A stretch of 64,000 nucleotides of DNA from an uncultured Synergistaceae bacterium (GCA_964450835.1 CAYVEQ010000001.1:3722-67721), one strand, 5' to 3'. Positions 40,279 to 52,604 are shown, counted from the first letter of the stretch. Made by a program: numbers and translations. The notes: generated by a model not told the origin, from the sequence alone.

Positions 40279-41442
40279 CTATGAGCGGGGCGCGGCCGCG
40301 CCCGTGAGAAACTTCCGCCAGTACATCATATGGACCGCCGTCGCGGCCGCGAAGACAAGCAGGCCGTTGAAGCGGTATGTGCTGCTCGCGCCCAACAACG
40401 GCGACAGGCAGCCGTACATCAGGGGGCTTATAATCCATCCGACGTCAAGCACAAGCAAAATAAGTCCGGCCGCCTTCGGACGGTACTGCTGCGGCATGAG
40501 ATCGCCGACGAGAGACAGCATCGCCGGATAGGCGATCCCTACTCCAAGGCCGTAGAGAATCCCGAAAAAGGCGAACAACGCCGCGGACGAACTGAAAGCG
40601 AGGCCGAAGAGAGCAAAGCCCATTATCGCGACGGAGGGCGCGGCTATGGCGATTCGCGGCGCTTTCGCGACGAGATTGAAGCCGAGCGTGCGTATTATAA
40701 CGGCGGAGAATGTGGCCGCGGCCATAAAATATGAAACGGAAACGCCGCGCTCTTCCGCGAGCGAGGCTGCGGTCAGAGTGCCGGCGTCCGCAAACGACAT
40801 GATAATCACGGTAAAGAGCAGCATGGAAAAGCCTTTTACACCGAACAGCCCGCCGTAGCTCCCCCACCGGCTCTTCGACGCGCCGGCATAGTTGAGGTTC
40901 TTTACCTGCAGGCTTACGGCGGCGCATATCAAAGAGAGGGCGACAGGCGTCCATACGTAGAGCGCGGCGTGACCGCCGTCAATCAGCCATTCGCAGAACG
41001 GCACAACAGTGGCCAGCGGGAGCATAGATCCCGTTGTGAAGAGGGCAAATCCCGCGCCGCGCTCCTTTTCGTCAAGAAGTACGGACTGCGCCGCGACAGT
41101 CGCAACAATAAATATGCTGAAAAAAACGCCGCTCAGGGCGCGGAAGACCAAAAGGACAACGCCGCCGCGCAAGGTAAGCGCTATTCCGGCGGCGGAAGCC
41201 GCGCAGAGCAGCGAACTTCCGATAAGGGTCCACCGTATGTCAAGCCGTTCCGTTACCATACTGCCGAGAGGGCGGCAGAACAGCGTAACCATGTAGAAAA
41301 CGCTGAGGAACAGCCCCGCCCTCTGCGGCGCGGCGCCAAGTCCCTCATAAAAGGGGCCGAAGAGAAAATAGGCGTTGGAAACGCAGGTCATTCCGTAATA
41401 AGCCAGGAAAATAAGAAAAATCTGCCCGTGCTTCTTATTCAT
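40279..41442 (-). CDS. MFS transporter, substrate unknown
   Basis: About 12 hydrophobic segments; RPLGSMVTERL (motif A-like) and ERGAGFA. Start at ATG 41442. Confidence 0.85.
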   Translation of the reverse strand: MNKKHGQIFLIFLAYYGMTCVSNAYFLFGPFYEGLGAAPQRAGLFLSVFYMVTLFCRPLGSMVTERLDIRWTLIGSSLLCAASAAGIALTLRGGVVLLVFRALSGVFFSIFIVATVAAQSVLLDEKERGAGFALFTTGSMLPLATVVPFCEWLIDGGHAALYVWTPVALSLICAAVSLQVKNLNYAGASKSRWGSYGGLFGVKGFSMLLFTVIIMSFADAGTLTAASLAEERGVSVSYFMAAATFSAVIIRTLGFNLVAKAPRIAIAAPSVAIMGFALFGLAFSSSAALFAFFGILYGLGVGIAYPAMLSLVGDLMPQQYRPKAAGLILLVLDVGWIISPLMYGCLSPLLGASSTYRFNGLLVFAAATAVHMMYWRKFLTGAAAPRS

Positions 41443-41456
41443 GTTTCTGCCTTTCA

Positions 41457-41487
41457 AATTAAAACTCCCGGCTCGGCGGCCGGGAGT
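41457..41487 (-). terminator. Terminator after the EF-G paralogue
   Basis: ACTCCCGG / CCGGGAGT stem followed by TTTAATTT. Confidence 0.75.
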
Positions 41488-41541
41488 CCGCGTAAAACAA
41501 AAATATCCTTTTGTGACGGCGCCTCGGAGGGGCGGCGAAGG

Positions 41542-43629
41542 TTATTCTTCTTCGTCCTTGCGCTCCTGGGCGGCCTGTTCGATGACTTTCTTCGCTATAT
41601 CGCCGGGAACTTCCTCATAGTGGCTGTACTCCATCGAGAAAGAGCCGCGTCCAGATGTCATCGAGCGAAGGACGATAGCGTAGCGGAACATTTCGGAGAG
41701 CGGGCACTGCGCCTTGACTATCTGGAGTTTGCCTTCGCTGTCGATGCCCATTATGCGCCCGCGGCGGCTGTTGAAGTCTCCCATAACGTCGCCGAGGCAC
41801 TCCTCCGGCACGGTGACTTCGACATTCATTACAGGTTCCATGAGTACCGGGTTAGCCTGTTCCATGCATTTCTTAAAAGCGATAGACGCCGCGATTTTGA
41901 AGGCCATTTCCGACGAGTCCACCTCATGATAAGAGCCGTCAAAGATAGCGCAGGAGAAGTCCGTGGCGGGATAACCTGCGAGGAATCCCCTCTGCGCCGC
42001 CTCGCGCAGCCCCTTCTCCGCCGCCGGGATGTAGTTCTTGGGCACCGCGCCGCCGACCACCCTGTCTATAAACTCTATTCCGGAGTTCTTCTCGAGCGGG
42101 GCAAGCTCAAACCAGACGTCGCCGTACTGCCCGCGTCCGCCGGACTGTTTCTTGTGCTTGCCCTGGGCGCTCGCCTTTTTCTTTATCGTCTCGCGGTAAG
42201 GCACCTTCGGCGTGCGCGTGTCAAGGTCGACTTTATAGCGTTCCTTAATCTTGGAAAGCACTATATCAAGGTGCATGTCTCCCATTCCGGAAAGTACGGC
42301 GTCATTCGTTTCCGGGTTCTTCTCGTAGGACAATGTGCGGTCTTCTTTCAGCATCTTCGTGATGGCGTTGCCGAGCTTGTCCTCGTCGGCGCGACTCTTG
42401 GGGAAGACCGCGACGCTGTAAACGGGCTTCGGGAAATGTATCGGCCGGAACTTCAAGGTTTCGCCCCTCGCGCCCAGAGTATCGCCGGCGATGGTGCTTT
42501 CGAGCTTCGGTATCGCGACAATGTCGCCCAGTATTATCTCCTTGCCCTCTGTGCTCTCCTTGCCGCGCATGAAGCGGAAGGTGCTGATACGTTCTTCCTG
42601 CTCCTCGTTGACATTGTAAACGGTCTGGTCGCTCGTCAGTTTCCCGGAGAATACCTTGACGAAGGAAAGTTTGCCGACGTAGGGGTCGACCATGACCTTA
42701 AAGACAAAAGCAAGGAACTTTCCGTTCTCGTCGGGCGGGATATTGACCAGCTCGTCTCCGTTCAGAGCGGCGCGCTGGAGCATATCCTTCGGCGACGGCA
42801 TATAATCGCAGACAGTATCCATAAGCTGCACTACGCCGATGTTCAGCGTGGCGGAGCCGGGAACGATCGGGAAGAGAGCGCGGGTGCAGACGGCTTTGCG
42901 CAGCACGCCGAGAAGGTCCTCCAGAGGCAGCTCCTCGCCGTCGAGGTAGCGCATCATAAGTTCGTCGTCGGCTTCCACCGCGCGCTCGATGAGCGTTTCG
43001 CGCGCGGACGCCACCGCGCCGGCCATCTCCGCCGGAGTTTCGCCTTCGGTAAAGTTCCTGCTTCCGTCGCCTTTATACATATAGGCCCTGCCCGTAAGCA
43101 CGTTGACAAGGCCTTTGAAGTTCTGCTGGCTCCCTATCGGGAGATAAAGCGGGACAGCCTTATCCGAGATGTTCTCCTGTATATCCGCAACGACGCTGTC
43201 AAAGTCGGTATGTTCCCTGTCAAGTTTGCTGATGAAGAAAATTGCCGGAGTCTCAAATGTCTCCGCGAATTCCCATACGTTGTAGGTCTGGACTTCAACG
43301 CCCGATGTCGCGTTGACGAGAACCACCGCGCCGTCGGAAACGCGCATCGCTGAGCGCTGTTCGCCGACGAAGTCCGCGAAGCCCGGCGTGTCCAAAACAT
43401 AAAAAGTCTTGCCGTTATAAGGAACTGTCGAAAGAGAGGTGCTGATGGAAATACCGCGCTTCTGCTCTTCCGAGTCGAAGTCGGAGACGGTGTTCCTGTC
43501 CTCGACTCTGCCGATACGGCTTATAAGCCCGGCGTCGAAGAGAATTGTCTCGTTAAGAGTGGTTTTCCCAGCACCTCCGTGTGAAATGAGCGCAATACTG
43601 CGGATGTCTTCAGGTTTGCGTGTCCCCAT
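41542..43629 (-). CDS. fusA2: Elongation factor G paralogue (EF-G2-like)
   Basis: GGAGKTT, RGISI, DTPGF, SKLD; domain III-V motifs (VPYRETI, KQSGGRGQYG, DSSEMAFKIA, LMEPVM). Start at ATG 43629. Confidence 0.9.
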   Translation of the reverse strand: MGTRKPEDIRSIALISHGGAGKTTLNETILFDAGLISRIGRVEDRNTVSDFDSEEQKRGISISTSLSTVPYNGKTFYVLDTPGFADFVGEQRSAMRVSDGAVVLVNATSGVEVQTYNVWEFAETFETPAIFFISKLDREHTDFDSVVADIQENISDKAVPLYLPIGSQQNFKGLVNVLTGRAYMYKGDGSRNFTEGETPAEMAGAVASARETLIERAVEADDELMMRYLDGEELPLEDLLGVLRKAVCTRALFPIVPGSATLNIGVVQLMDTVCDYMPSPKDMLQRAALNGDELVNIPPDENGKFLAFVFKVMVDPYVGKLSFVKVFSGKLTSDQTVYNVNEEQEERISTFRFMRGKESTEGKEIILGDIVAIPKLESTIAGDTLGARGETLKFRPIHFPKPVYSVAVFPKSRADEDKLGNAITKMLKEDRTLSYEKNPETNDAVLSGMGDMHLDIVLSKIKERYKVDLDTRTPKVPYRETIKKKASAQGKHKKQSGGRGQYGDVWFELAPLEKNSGIEFIDRVVGGAVPKNYIPAAEKGLREAAQRGFLAGYPATDFSCAIFDGSYHEVDSSEMAFKIAASIAFKKCMEQANPVLMEPVMNVEVTVPEECLGDVMGDFNSRRGRIMGIDSEGKLQIVKAQCPLSEMFRYAIVLRSMTSGRGSFSMEYSHYEEVPGDIAKKVIEQAAQERKDEEE

Positions 43630-43692
43630 TACTTTCACTCCTTCTGTGTCTTGAAGCACAAGATAGCTAGTTTGACTAATGACTTGACTGAG

Positions 43693-43721
43693 ATAATACT
43701 TGCATTGAGGGGTTACGTCAA
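43693..43721 (-). promoter_or_regulatory. Promoter of fusA2
   Basis: TTGACG-N17-TATTAT. Confidence 0.7.
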
Positions 43722-43800
43722 GAAACCGCGCCGGCAAAAAGGGAAAGTCAAATTTTATAAGGTTCTCCGGCCTAAGGCGCGCATCGCCGCGAGAAACGCG

Positions 43801-43834
43801 AAAAAAACCGGGAGTCTGTCTCCCGGGATTTTTT
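43801..43834. terminator. Bidirectional-type terminator after gatB
   Basis: A7-CCGGGAG-loop-CTCCCGG-GA-T6. Confidence 0.8.
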
Positions 43835-43855
43835 CGTCCGCTTCGCGGCCGCTGT

Positions 43856-45313
43856 TTATTTGAGACGTTCAGCTATCATCACTGCGGCTTCCGCGGGATC
43901 CGCGCTGCCGCGCGTTTCCCTCATTACCAGCCCCTGCAGGAATTTCGCCTTCGCGCCTTTTTTGTCCGCGCCTTTTTTGATTGTCTCGACCGCGCCGGGC
44001 TGCCCGGCCAGCACTTTGTCAATGACAGCCGCGAGAGCCTCGCCCGTTACGCGCCCGCCGGCCGCGCCGCATTTTTTCATCGCGGCGTCGAGCGAAAGTT
44101 TTTCTTCGATCATAGCGGCCAGCACGTCTTTTGCCTGTGTGTTGGAAAGCTCTTTCTTTTCGACTTTCGCGACGAGCGTTCCGAGTTCGTTCGCCGCAAC
44201 CTGAAATTCCGTTATATCCAGCGCTTCGTCGCGCAGAAGGCGCTGCACCTCCGTGCGCAGCCAGTTGGCGGCCTTCGCCGCGGGCGCGCCGGCATTTATC
44301 ATTTTCTCGTAATAGTCCGCAGTCTCGCGCTGTTCTGTTATCTGCTGCGCCTCCTCGAGCGTGAGGCCGTACTGCTTCATGAAGCGGTCGCGCCTGTCCC
44401 ACGGCATTTCTGGAAGAGCGGCCCGTATTTTTTCGACATAATCGGGCTTGGCGTCTATCGGCGCGAGGTCCATTTCCACATAATAGCGGTAGTCGCGCGC
44501 TCCTTCTTTGCCGCGCATCGGGCGCGTGACTCCCGCCGCGTCGTCCCAGAGTCGCGTTTCCTGGACGAGCGCGCCGCCTTCGTCAAGCACGCGGTTCTGG
44601 CGCGCGATTTCATATTCGAGCGCCCGCTCGATGGATTTCAGCGAGTTTATATTTTTCAGCTCCACCCGCGTGCCGAACGATCCGTCCGGGTTGCAGAGCG
44701 AAACGTTGACGTCCACGCGCAGAGAACCCGATTCCATCTCGCCGTCGGAAACGTCGAGATAGCGCGCGAGCTGACGTATCTGTGTTATGTAGGCGATTGC
44801 CTCGGCCGGCGAGTTCATGTCTGGCATGGAAACAATCTCGGAAAGAGGCATCCCGGCGCGGTTGTAGTCAACCAGCGAATAAGCGGCTCCCGAGAGGCGT
44901 CCGTCCGCCGTCGGGTGTACAAGCTTGCCCGCGTCCTCTTCCAGATGCAGATGGTCAAGGCGCACGCGCTTCGGCCTGCCGTCTGCGATTATGTCGACAT
45001 AGCCGCCCTGAGCTATCGCGTGCTCGTACTGCGTGATCTGATATGCTTTGGGGAGGTCCGCGTAGAAATAATGTTTGCGGTGGAAGCGCGCGCCGTCCTG
45101 TATCTCGCAGTGCAGGCCCAGTCCCATTCTCACGGCGAGGTCGACGGCGCGGTCGTTTATGACGGGGAGCGTGCCGGGCACGGCAAGGCAGACCGGGCAG
45201 ACGTTGGTGTTCGGCGTCGCTCCTATGTAATCCGTCGAACAGCCGCAGAAGAGTTTTGTTCTGGTTTTAAGCTGGAGGTGTATTTCAAGTCCGATGACTA
45301 CTTTTCTTTTCAT
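43856..45313 (-). CDS. gatB: Asp/Glu-tRNA amidotransferase subunit B
   Basis: IGLEIHLQL, RKHYFYADLPK, HLEEDAGK, EGARDYRYY. Confidence 0.96.
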   Translation of the reverse strand: MKRKVVIGLEIHLQLKTRTKLFCGCSTDYIGATPNTNVCPVCLAVPGTLPVINDRAVDLAVRMGLGLHCEIQDGARFHRKHYFYADLPKAYQITQYEHAIAQGGYVDIIADGRPKRVRLDHLHLEEDAGKLVHPTADGRLSGAAYSLVDYNRAGMPLSEIVSMPDMNSPAEAIAYITQIRQLARYLDVSDGEMESGSLRVDVNVSLCNPDGSFGTRVELKNINSLKSIERALEYEIARQNRVLDEGGALVQETRLWDDAAGVTRPMRGKEGARDYRYYVEMDLAPIDAKPDYVEKIRAALPEMPWDRRDRFMKQYGLTLEEAQQITEQRETADYYEKMINAGAPAAKAANWLRTEVQRLLRDEALDITEFQVAANELGTLVAKVEKKELSNTQAKDVLAAMIEEKLSLDAAMKKCGAAGGRVTGEALAAVIDKVLAGQPGAVETIKKGADKKGAKAKFLQGLVMRETRGSADPAEAAVMIAERLK

Positions 45314-45331
45314 CTTTCGTGCCTCCTGTCT

Positions 45332-46789
45332 TCAGCACGCGGCTTCCGGCGAGCCGGCGGCCTTTTCTATCACCGACGCGCAGGCGAGCAGCCCGTCGTC
45401 GCCGAAGCGCGGCGCCAGAATCTGAACATTCGTCGGCAGGCCTTCGGGGGTGAAACCGAGGTTGAGGCTTATGCTCGGCAGCCCCGCGAGGTTGGCTATC
45501 GTTGTAAAGACGTCGCCGAGATACATTCTGACGGGGTCTTTCTCGCCGAGACCGCGCTTATAGGCGAGGGCCGGAGTTATAGGGCAGATGAGGAAATCGG
45601 CGGAGCGGAAGAGCTCTTTGAATTCGTCGGAAATGAGCTGGCGCACCTTAGTCGCGGGAACGAAATAATTTTCGTAGTAGCCGCGCGTAAGTATGCAGGT
45701 GCCGACAAGTATGCGCTTGCGGACCTCTTCGCCGAAGCCCTCCATGCGGCTTTTTTTGTACATCTCCGAGAGGTTGCGGCCGTCGGCGTGATGCCCGTAG
45801 CGCATTCCGTCGTAGCAGGCGAGTTTTGAGCTGGCGTCGCCGAGAGCGACCATATAGTAGCAGGCTACTGTATGCTCCATTGTAATAGGCAGCGCGGCTT
45901 CAAATGTTTCCGCTCCCGCCTCGCGGCATATCTCCGCGGCGCGGTCTATCGCGCCGGCAAGCGGGGCTTCTATGCTGTTTCTATCGTAGCCCGCTAGAAC
46001 CGCGATCTTTTTGCCCGAAAGCGCAGCGCCTTCCAGAGCTCCGCTGAATGAGGGACGGTCGTAGGCGTCGCAGGTCGTGTCGTTCGGATCTTCTTTCGCG
46101 AGCGCGTCCATCATGACGGCAAGGTCGCCGACGCTGCGCGCTATCGGGCCGACCTGATCCAGCGACGAGGCGTAAGCTACGATTCCGTAACGGCTTATCT
46201 GTCCGTAGGAGGGCTTCATGCCCTGCACGCCGCAGAAGGCGGCGGGCTGCCGCACCGAGCCGCCCGTGTCGCTGCCGAGAGCCGCGGGAACAAAGCCGGC
46301 CGCGACTGCCGCGGCGCTTCCGCCCGAGCTTCCGCCCGGAACCCGTCCGGTATCGCGCGGGTTGAGCGTCGGGCCGAAGATCGAGCTTTCCGTCGTGCTG
46401 CCCATGGCAAACTCGTCCATGTTCGTTTTCCCGAGGAGTACGGCTCCGGCGTCCTTCATATTTTTTACCGCCGTCGCGTCGCGCAGCGGCACCCAGCCTT
46501 TCAGCATATTGCTGCAGCACGTGGTCTCTATTCCGGCCGTGCAGAAATTGTCTTTTACGACAAACGGAACTCCGGCGAGCGGCCCCGGGTCTTCGCCGCG
46601 CGCGACGGCTTCGTCGACGCGGCGCGCGGCCGCTATCGCCTCTTTCCCGCAAAGCGTGACGACAGAATTGTATTTTTTATCCAGAGCTCTGATCCGTTCC
46701 ACGGAGGCAAGCGCCGCCTCCTCCGCGGTGAAGAGCTTTTCTTTCACGCCGCGCGCTATATCGCGGGCCGAAAGTTTGTGAATTTCCAT
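45332..46789 (-). CDS. gatA: Asp/Glu-tRNA amidotransferase subunit A
   Basis: Amidase signature GKTNMDEFAMGS, PGGSSGGSAAA, GSDTGGSVRQPA. Confidence 0.96.
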   Translation of the reverse strand: MEIHKLSARDIARGVKEKLFTAEEAALASVERIRALDKKYNSVVTLCGKEAIAAARRVDEAVARGEDPGPLAGVPFVVKDNFCTAGIETTCCSNMLKGWVPLRDATAVKNMKDAGAVLLGKTNMDEFAMGSTTESSIFGPTLNPRDTGRVPGGSSGGSAAAVAAGFVPAALGSDTGGSVRQPAAFCGVQGMKPSYGQISRYGIVAYASSLDQVGPIARSVGDLAVMMDALAKEDPNDTTCDAYDRPSFSGALEGAALSGKKIAVLAGYDRNSIEAPLAGAIDRAAEICREAGAETFEAALPITMEHTVACYYMVALGDASSKLACYDGMRYGHHADGRNLSEMYKKSRMEGFGEEVRKRILVGTCILTRGYYENYFVPATKVRQLISDEFKELFRSADFLICPITPALAYKRGLGEKDPVRMYLGDVFTTIANLAGLPSISLNLGFTPEGLPTNVQILAPRFGDDGLLACASVIEKAAGSPEAAC

Positions 46790-46792
46790 CGG

Positions 46793-47110
46793 CTATTCCT
46801 CCTCGTCATCAAGCGCTATTATGCGCGGCACGCGGAAGAAATCGCCGTCGCGCACCGGCGCCTGCCCGAGAAAGGCGTCGCGGCCATCCCACTTCACGGG
46901 TTCGTCCTTACGTCTTGACGGGGCTTTTTTTACGTCCCATTCAAAGGGCGGCACATCTTCACCGGCAAGTTCCTGCATCTTGTCGCACATTCTCAGAATC
47001 TCGTTTACACGGTCGAGCACTTCCTGATATTTTTCTTCCGGCAGACCGATGCGCGACAGTGTGAGCACCTCGCGCAGCCGTTCTCTGTCCATCTCCATAT
47101 TTTTTATCAT
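46793..47110 (-). CDS. gatC: Asp/Glu-tRNA amidotransferase subunit C
   Basis: Small protein ending FFRVPRII, directly upstream of gatA. Confidence 0.85.
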   Translation of the reverse strand: MIKNMEMDRERLREVLTLSRIGLPEEKYQEVLDRVNEILRMCDKMQELAGEDVPPFEWDVKKAPSRRKDEPVKWDGRDAFLGQAPVRDGDFFRVPRIIALDDEEE

Positions 47111-47136
47111 CCGCTGACCCCCTCGGGAGTAATTGT

Positions 47137-49197
<2,061 letters not shown>

Positions 49198-50715
49198 CTA
49201 TTCTTTGGGTTTCATCGTCGGGAAGAGAATGACGTCGCGGATGCTCTTTGAGTCGGTAAGCAGCATTACGAGGCGGTCAATGCCTATTCCCATGCCTCCG
49301 GTCGGCGGCAGTCCGTATTCGAGAGCGTTTATGAAATCCTCGTCGAATGGGTGCGACTCGTCGTCGCCCTCCGCCTTCTTGCGGGCCTGATCAAGGAAAC
49401 GCCCGCGCTGGTCAAGCGGGTCGTTGAGTTCGCTGAAAGCGTTCGCGATTTCCCACGCGTTGATGTAAAGCTCGAAACGGTCGGTTATATCGGGGTTCTC
49501 TTTGTTGCGCTTGGAAAGCGGGGAAATAACGGTCGGGTGGCCTACGACAAAAGTCGGCTGAATGAGATTTTCTTCCGCATATTCCTCGAAAAAGAGCGGA
49601 AGTATGTCAAAGCGCGAGAATGCGGGCTTGATTTCCATTCCGCGAAGCGCCGCCTGACGGCGCGCCTCTTCGTCTGTTATGCTCATGAAGTCGATGCCGG
49701 CATATTCCTCTACCAGCTCCGCCATTGTCGCGCGGCGGAAGGGCGGGGCAAGGCTGATTTCAGTTCCCTGATAACTGATGACGCGGCTGCCGAACTCGTC
49801 CGCGCATGCGACTATCAGCTCTTCCGCGAGGTTCATCATATCTTCGTAATTGCCGTAGGGCCAGTAGACCTCCATTGAGGTAAATTCAGGGTTGTGATGC
49901 AGATCCATGCCTTCGTTGCGGAACTGCTTGCCTATTTCGTATACGCGCCCCAGCATCCCGACGACAAGGCGTTTAAGATGAAGCTCCGTCGCTATGCGGA
50001 GGTACATGTCGATATCAAGCGTGTTGTGGTGTGTAACGAACGGGCGCGCGTTTGCACCTCCCGCTATCGTCGAAAGTATCGGTGTCTCGACTTCGAGTGT
50101 GCCGTGGCTGTCAAGCACGCGGCGGAATGTCTGGATTATCTTCGTGCGTTTGCGGAAAACGTCGCGCACTTCTGGATTTGCTATGAGATCAGCATAGCGC
50201 TGGCGGTAGCGCACCTCCATGTCTTTTAAGCCGTGGTACTTTTCCGGCATCGGACGCAGAGCCTTGGAAAGCAGCGTAAAGCCGCGCACGGAGAGAGTCA
50301 GCTCGCCGCGCTGCGTGCGGAACGGCACGCCGACAAGACCGATGAAATCTCCGGCGTCGACCCATTTTTTGAAGAAGGTGTAATCTTTTTCCCCGAGCAC
50401 ATCGAACTGGAAGCAGAGCTGGAGTCTGTCGAAGCCGTCCTCAAATGTGGCGAAAGCGGTTTTCCCGTGGCGGCGCAGGACTATAATGCGTCCCGCCGTC
50501 TGTATCTCGTCTTCGGACCATTCTTCGGGTTTGAGAGAGGCGTATTTTTCTTTCACGTAGCCGAGCGTCTGCCTTACCTCATAATGATCCTGCCTGAAAG
50601 GATCGTAGCCCTCCTCGGCGCGGAGACGCGCCAGCTTGTCTTTGCGCTGGCGAAAAATCTCTTCTTCCGGCATTACGTTCTGCCGCTCCGGCGCCTTCTT
50701 CTTTTCGTCTGCCAA
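49198..50715 (-). CDS. lysS: Lysyl-tRNA synthetase (class II)
   Basis: OB-fold, RYRQRYADL, FRNEG, ELNDP, GMGIGIDRL; probable TTG start at 50715. Confidence 0.96.
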   Translation of the reverse strand: MADEKKKAPERQNVMPEEEIFRQRKDKLARLRAEEGYDPFRQDHYEVRQTLGYVKEKYASLKPEEWSEDEIQTAGRIIVLRRHGKTAFATFEDGFDRLQLCFQFDVLGEKDYTFFKKWVDAGDFIGLVGVPFRTQRGELTLSVRGFTLLSKALRPMPEKYHGLKDMEVRYRQRYADLIANPEVRDVFRKRTKIIQTFRRVLDSHGTLEVETPILSTIAGGANARPFVTHHNTLDIDMYLRIATELHLKRLVVGMLGRVYEIGKQFRNEGMDLHHNPEFTSMEVYWPYGNYEDMMNLAEELIVACADEFGSRVISYQGTEISLAPPFRRATMAELVEEYAGIDFMSITDEEARRQAALRGMEIKPAFSRFDILPLFFEEYAEENLIQPTFVVGHPTVISPLSKRNKENPDITDRFELYINAWEIANAFSELNDPLDQRGRFLDQARKKAEGDDESHPFDEDFINALEYGLPPTGGMGIGIDRLVMLLTDSKSIRDVILFPTMKPKE

Positions 50716-50765
50716 TTGAATCACTTCTCCCGTGTTTTTATTAAAACTTCGTAACAGCAAATTAT

Positions 50766-51806
50766 TTACTGCGGCGGCTCTCCCTCTCCATGCCGCCCGT
50801 CGAAGCCGCGGCTCAGCAGATTTTCCATATCCGCCCATTTTTTCGCCGAGGCGCCCTCGCGCCTGAGCTTCGGCGCTCCCGCAAAGCCTTTGAAAAGCGC
50901 CCCGAGCATTCTCTTGGCAATCATCAGAGCAAGCGGCTCTCCTTCGGTATTATAGATGTTTCTGCCGAGTTCGAGAAGGATTTCCGCCTGCGCGGCCGGA
51001 TCGGCGGAGCAAAAAACCGCCGGAACAGGAGCGCCGAGAAGGCTGAGAGCGCGCGGCACAAGCAGCGCGTCGCGGAGAAGGCCGCGCGCCGCGAGTACCG
51101 CGGCGCAGCCGAGAGCCAGGTATTCCTGAAAATTTTCCGGCGTGTAGCAGTCGCCGCTGCCGCCTATCATTCCCGGAAAGCGGGACGCCACGCGGCCGAC
51201 CTCTTCCCGCGAAGCGGAGCCTTCGTATCTTTGCGCGGGCGTGCGGCCGTGGACAAAGATAAAAGAAGCTCCGGCGTTAAAGAGCTTTTCGCAGAACTCC
51301 GCGGTGGACATGGGCGAACCCGGAGGCATTATCCGCGCTTTAGCCCACGCCGGAATGCCGAAGCTTTTGAGAGCGCGCATAATTTCCGCCGCTTCGTCTG
51401 GAAATTCCATCAGCTTCGCGCCGGCGCCTTTTTTCGTGACCTTCGGCATGGGACAGGCCATGTTGACCTCGACCGCGTCAAAGCTCCGTATCGAAAGAGC
51501 GATCTCGGCGCCCTTCGCTATATCCGCCGCGTTTGAGCCGAAAAGCTGGAGCGCGCACGGGCGCTCGTCGTCGGCGCCGTAAAGCAGTTCCTTTGTTTTG
51601 CGCCCTTTATGTATAAGTCCGAGCGCGCTCACCATTTCCGTATGGACGAGTCCCGCGCCCAATGAGCGGTGAAATCGGCGGAAAGAGCCGAAAGTTATCC
51701 CTGCGAGAGGCGCGAGCCAAATCGGGTTGCGCACATCTACCCCGCCGACTCTCCTGGGCCAGCCCGGCGGAGTGAACCGCTCCTCCGCTGCCGGATTATT
51801 TTCCAA
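50766..51806 (-). CDS. dusB: tRNA-dihydrouridine synthase (DusB-like)
   Basis: LAPLAGIT, LQLFGS, NMACP, VHGRT, AARG. Confidence 0.88.
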   Translation of the reverse strand: MENNPAAEERFTPPGWPRRVGGVDVRNPIWLAPLAGITFGSFRRFHRSLGAGLVHTEMVSALGLIHKGRKTKELLYGADDERPCALQLFGSNAADIAKGAEIALSIRSFDAVEVNMACPMPKVTKKGAGAKLMEFPDEAAEIMRALKSFGIPAWAKARIMPPGSPMSTAEFCEKLFNAGASFIFVHGRTPAQRYEGSASREEVGRVASRFPGMIGGSGDCYTPENFQEYLALGCAAVLAARGLLRDALLVPRALSLLGAPVPAVFCSADPAAQAEILLELGRNIYNTEGEPLALMIAKRMLGALFKGFAGAPKLRREGASAKKWADMENLLSRGFDGRHGEGEPPQ

Positions 51807-52566
51807 GAAGATTCCTTTCGTAGATAATCCGCAGGCCGTCGAGCGTCAGCCACTGGTCTACTGTGTCGATACGGTTTGAATATTTCGCTATGAGCGGCGC
51901 GTGTCCGCCTGTCGCGACCACGCGGCAGGGGCCGCCGAGTTCTTTGAAAATGCCCTTGATTATCTTGTCGGCCATTCCGACAGTGCCGTAGATTATCCCG
52001 GACTGTATCGCCTCCACGGTGTTGCCGCCGATGACGTGTTCCGGCGCCGCGAGGTCTATCTGCGGCAGTTTCGCTGTCCGGGAGAACAGCGACTCCATCC
52101 CCAGCTCCATGCCGGGCGCGATAGCGCCTCCGATGTAAGCTCCTTCCGCAGACAGAACGTCAAAAGTTATAGCCGTTCCGAGGTCGACGATGATAAGAGG
52201 AGCGCCGTACTTCTCAAGCCCGGCTACGGCGTTTACGATGCGGTCGGCTCCTATTCCGGTCGGGTTTTTCATCTTTATTGTCAGCCCGGTGTTGAGTTTA
52301 GCGGTGACGCGAACGCATTCGATGCCTATATATTTTTTCACGCCGCCGCGAATCATTTCGTCGAGCGGAGGTACAACACTGCCGAATATGGCGCCGTCTA
52401 TCGCCTTTTTATCTATGCCGAAAGAAGAAAGCATGCCTTGGATCATAAAACCGACCTCGTCGGCCGTGCGTTTACGCGAAGTCAGCCGCCAGTGGCCGAC
52501 GAGATTATCGCCGTCGAATATGCCCATAACCGTGTTCGTGTTCCCGATGTCAAAGACGAGAAGCAT
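51796..52566 (-). CDS. coaX: Type III pantothenate kinase
   Basis: LVFDIGNTN, IGADR, VDLGTAITFD, GGAIAPG, VATGG. Start at ATG 52566. Confidence 0.93.
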   Translation of the reverse strand: MLLVFDIGNTNTVMGIFDGDNLVGHWRLTSRKRTADEVGFMIQGMLSSFGIDKKAIDGAIFGSVVPPLDEMIRGGVKKYIGIECVRVTAKLNTGLTIKMKNPTGIGADRIVNAVAGLEKYGAPLIIVDLGTAITFDVLSAEGAYIGGAIAPGMELGMESLFSRTAKLPQIDLAAPEHVIGGNTVEAIQSGIIYGTVGMADKIIKGIFKELGGPCRVVATGGHAPLIAKYSNRIDTVDQWLTLDGLRIIYERNLLGK

Positions 52567-52604
52567 TCGCCTTTTCCCTCCCCAAGAGATGCGATTTCTA
52601 TATT

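Noticed and set aside
40969-43353. 794-aa plus-strand ORF
   Set aside because: Antisense shadow of fusA2 and the MFS gene; no recognisable motifs; such long open frames are expected opposite GC-biased coding sequence.
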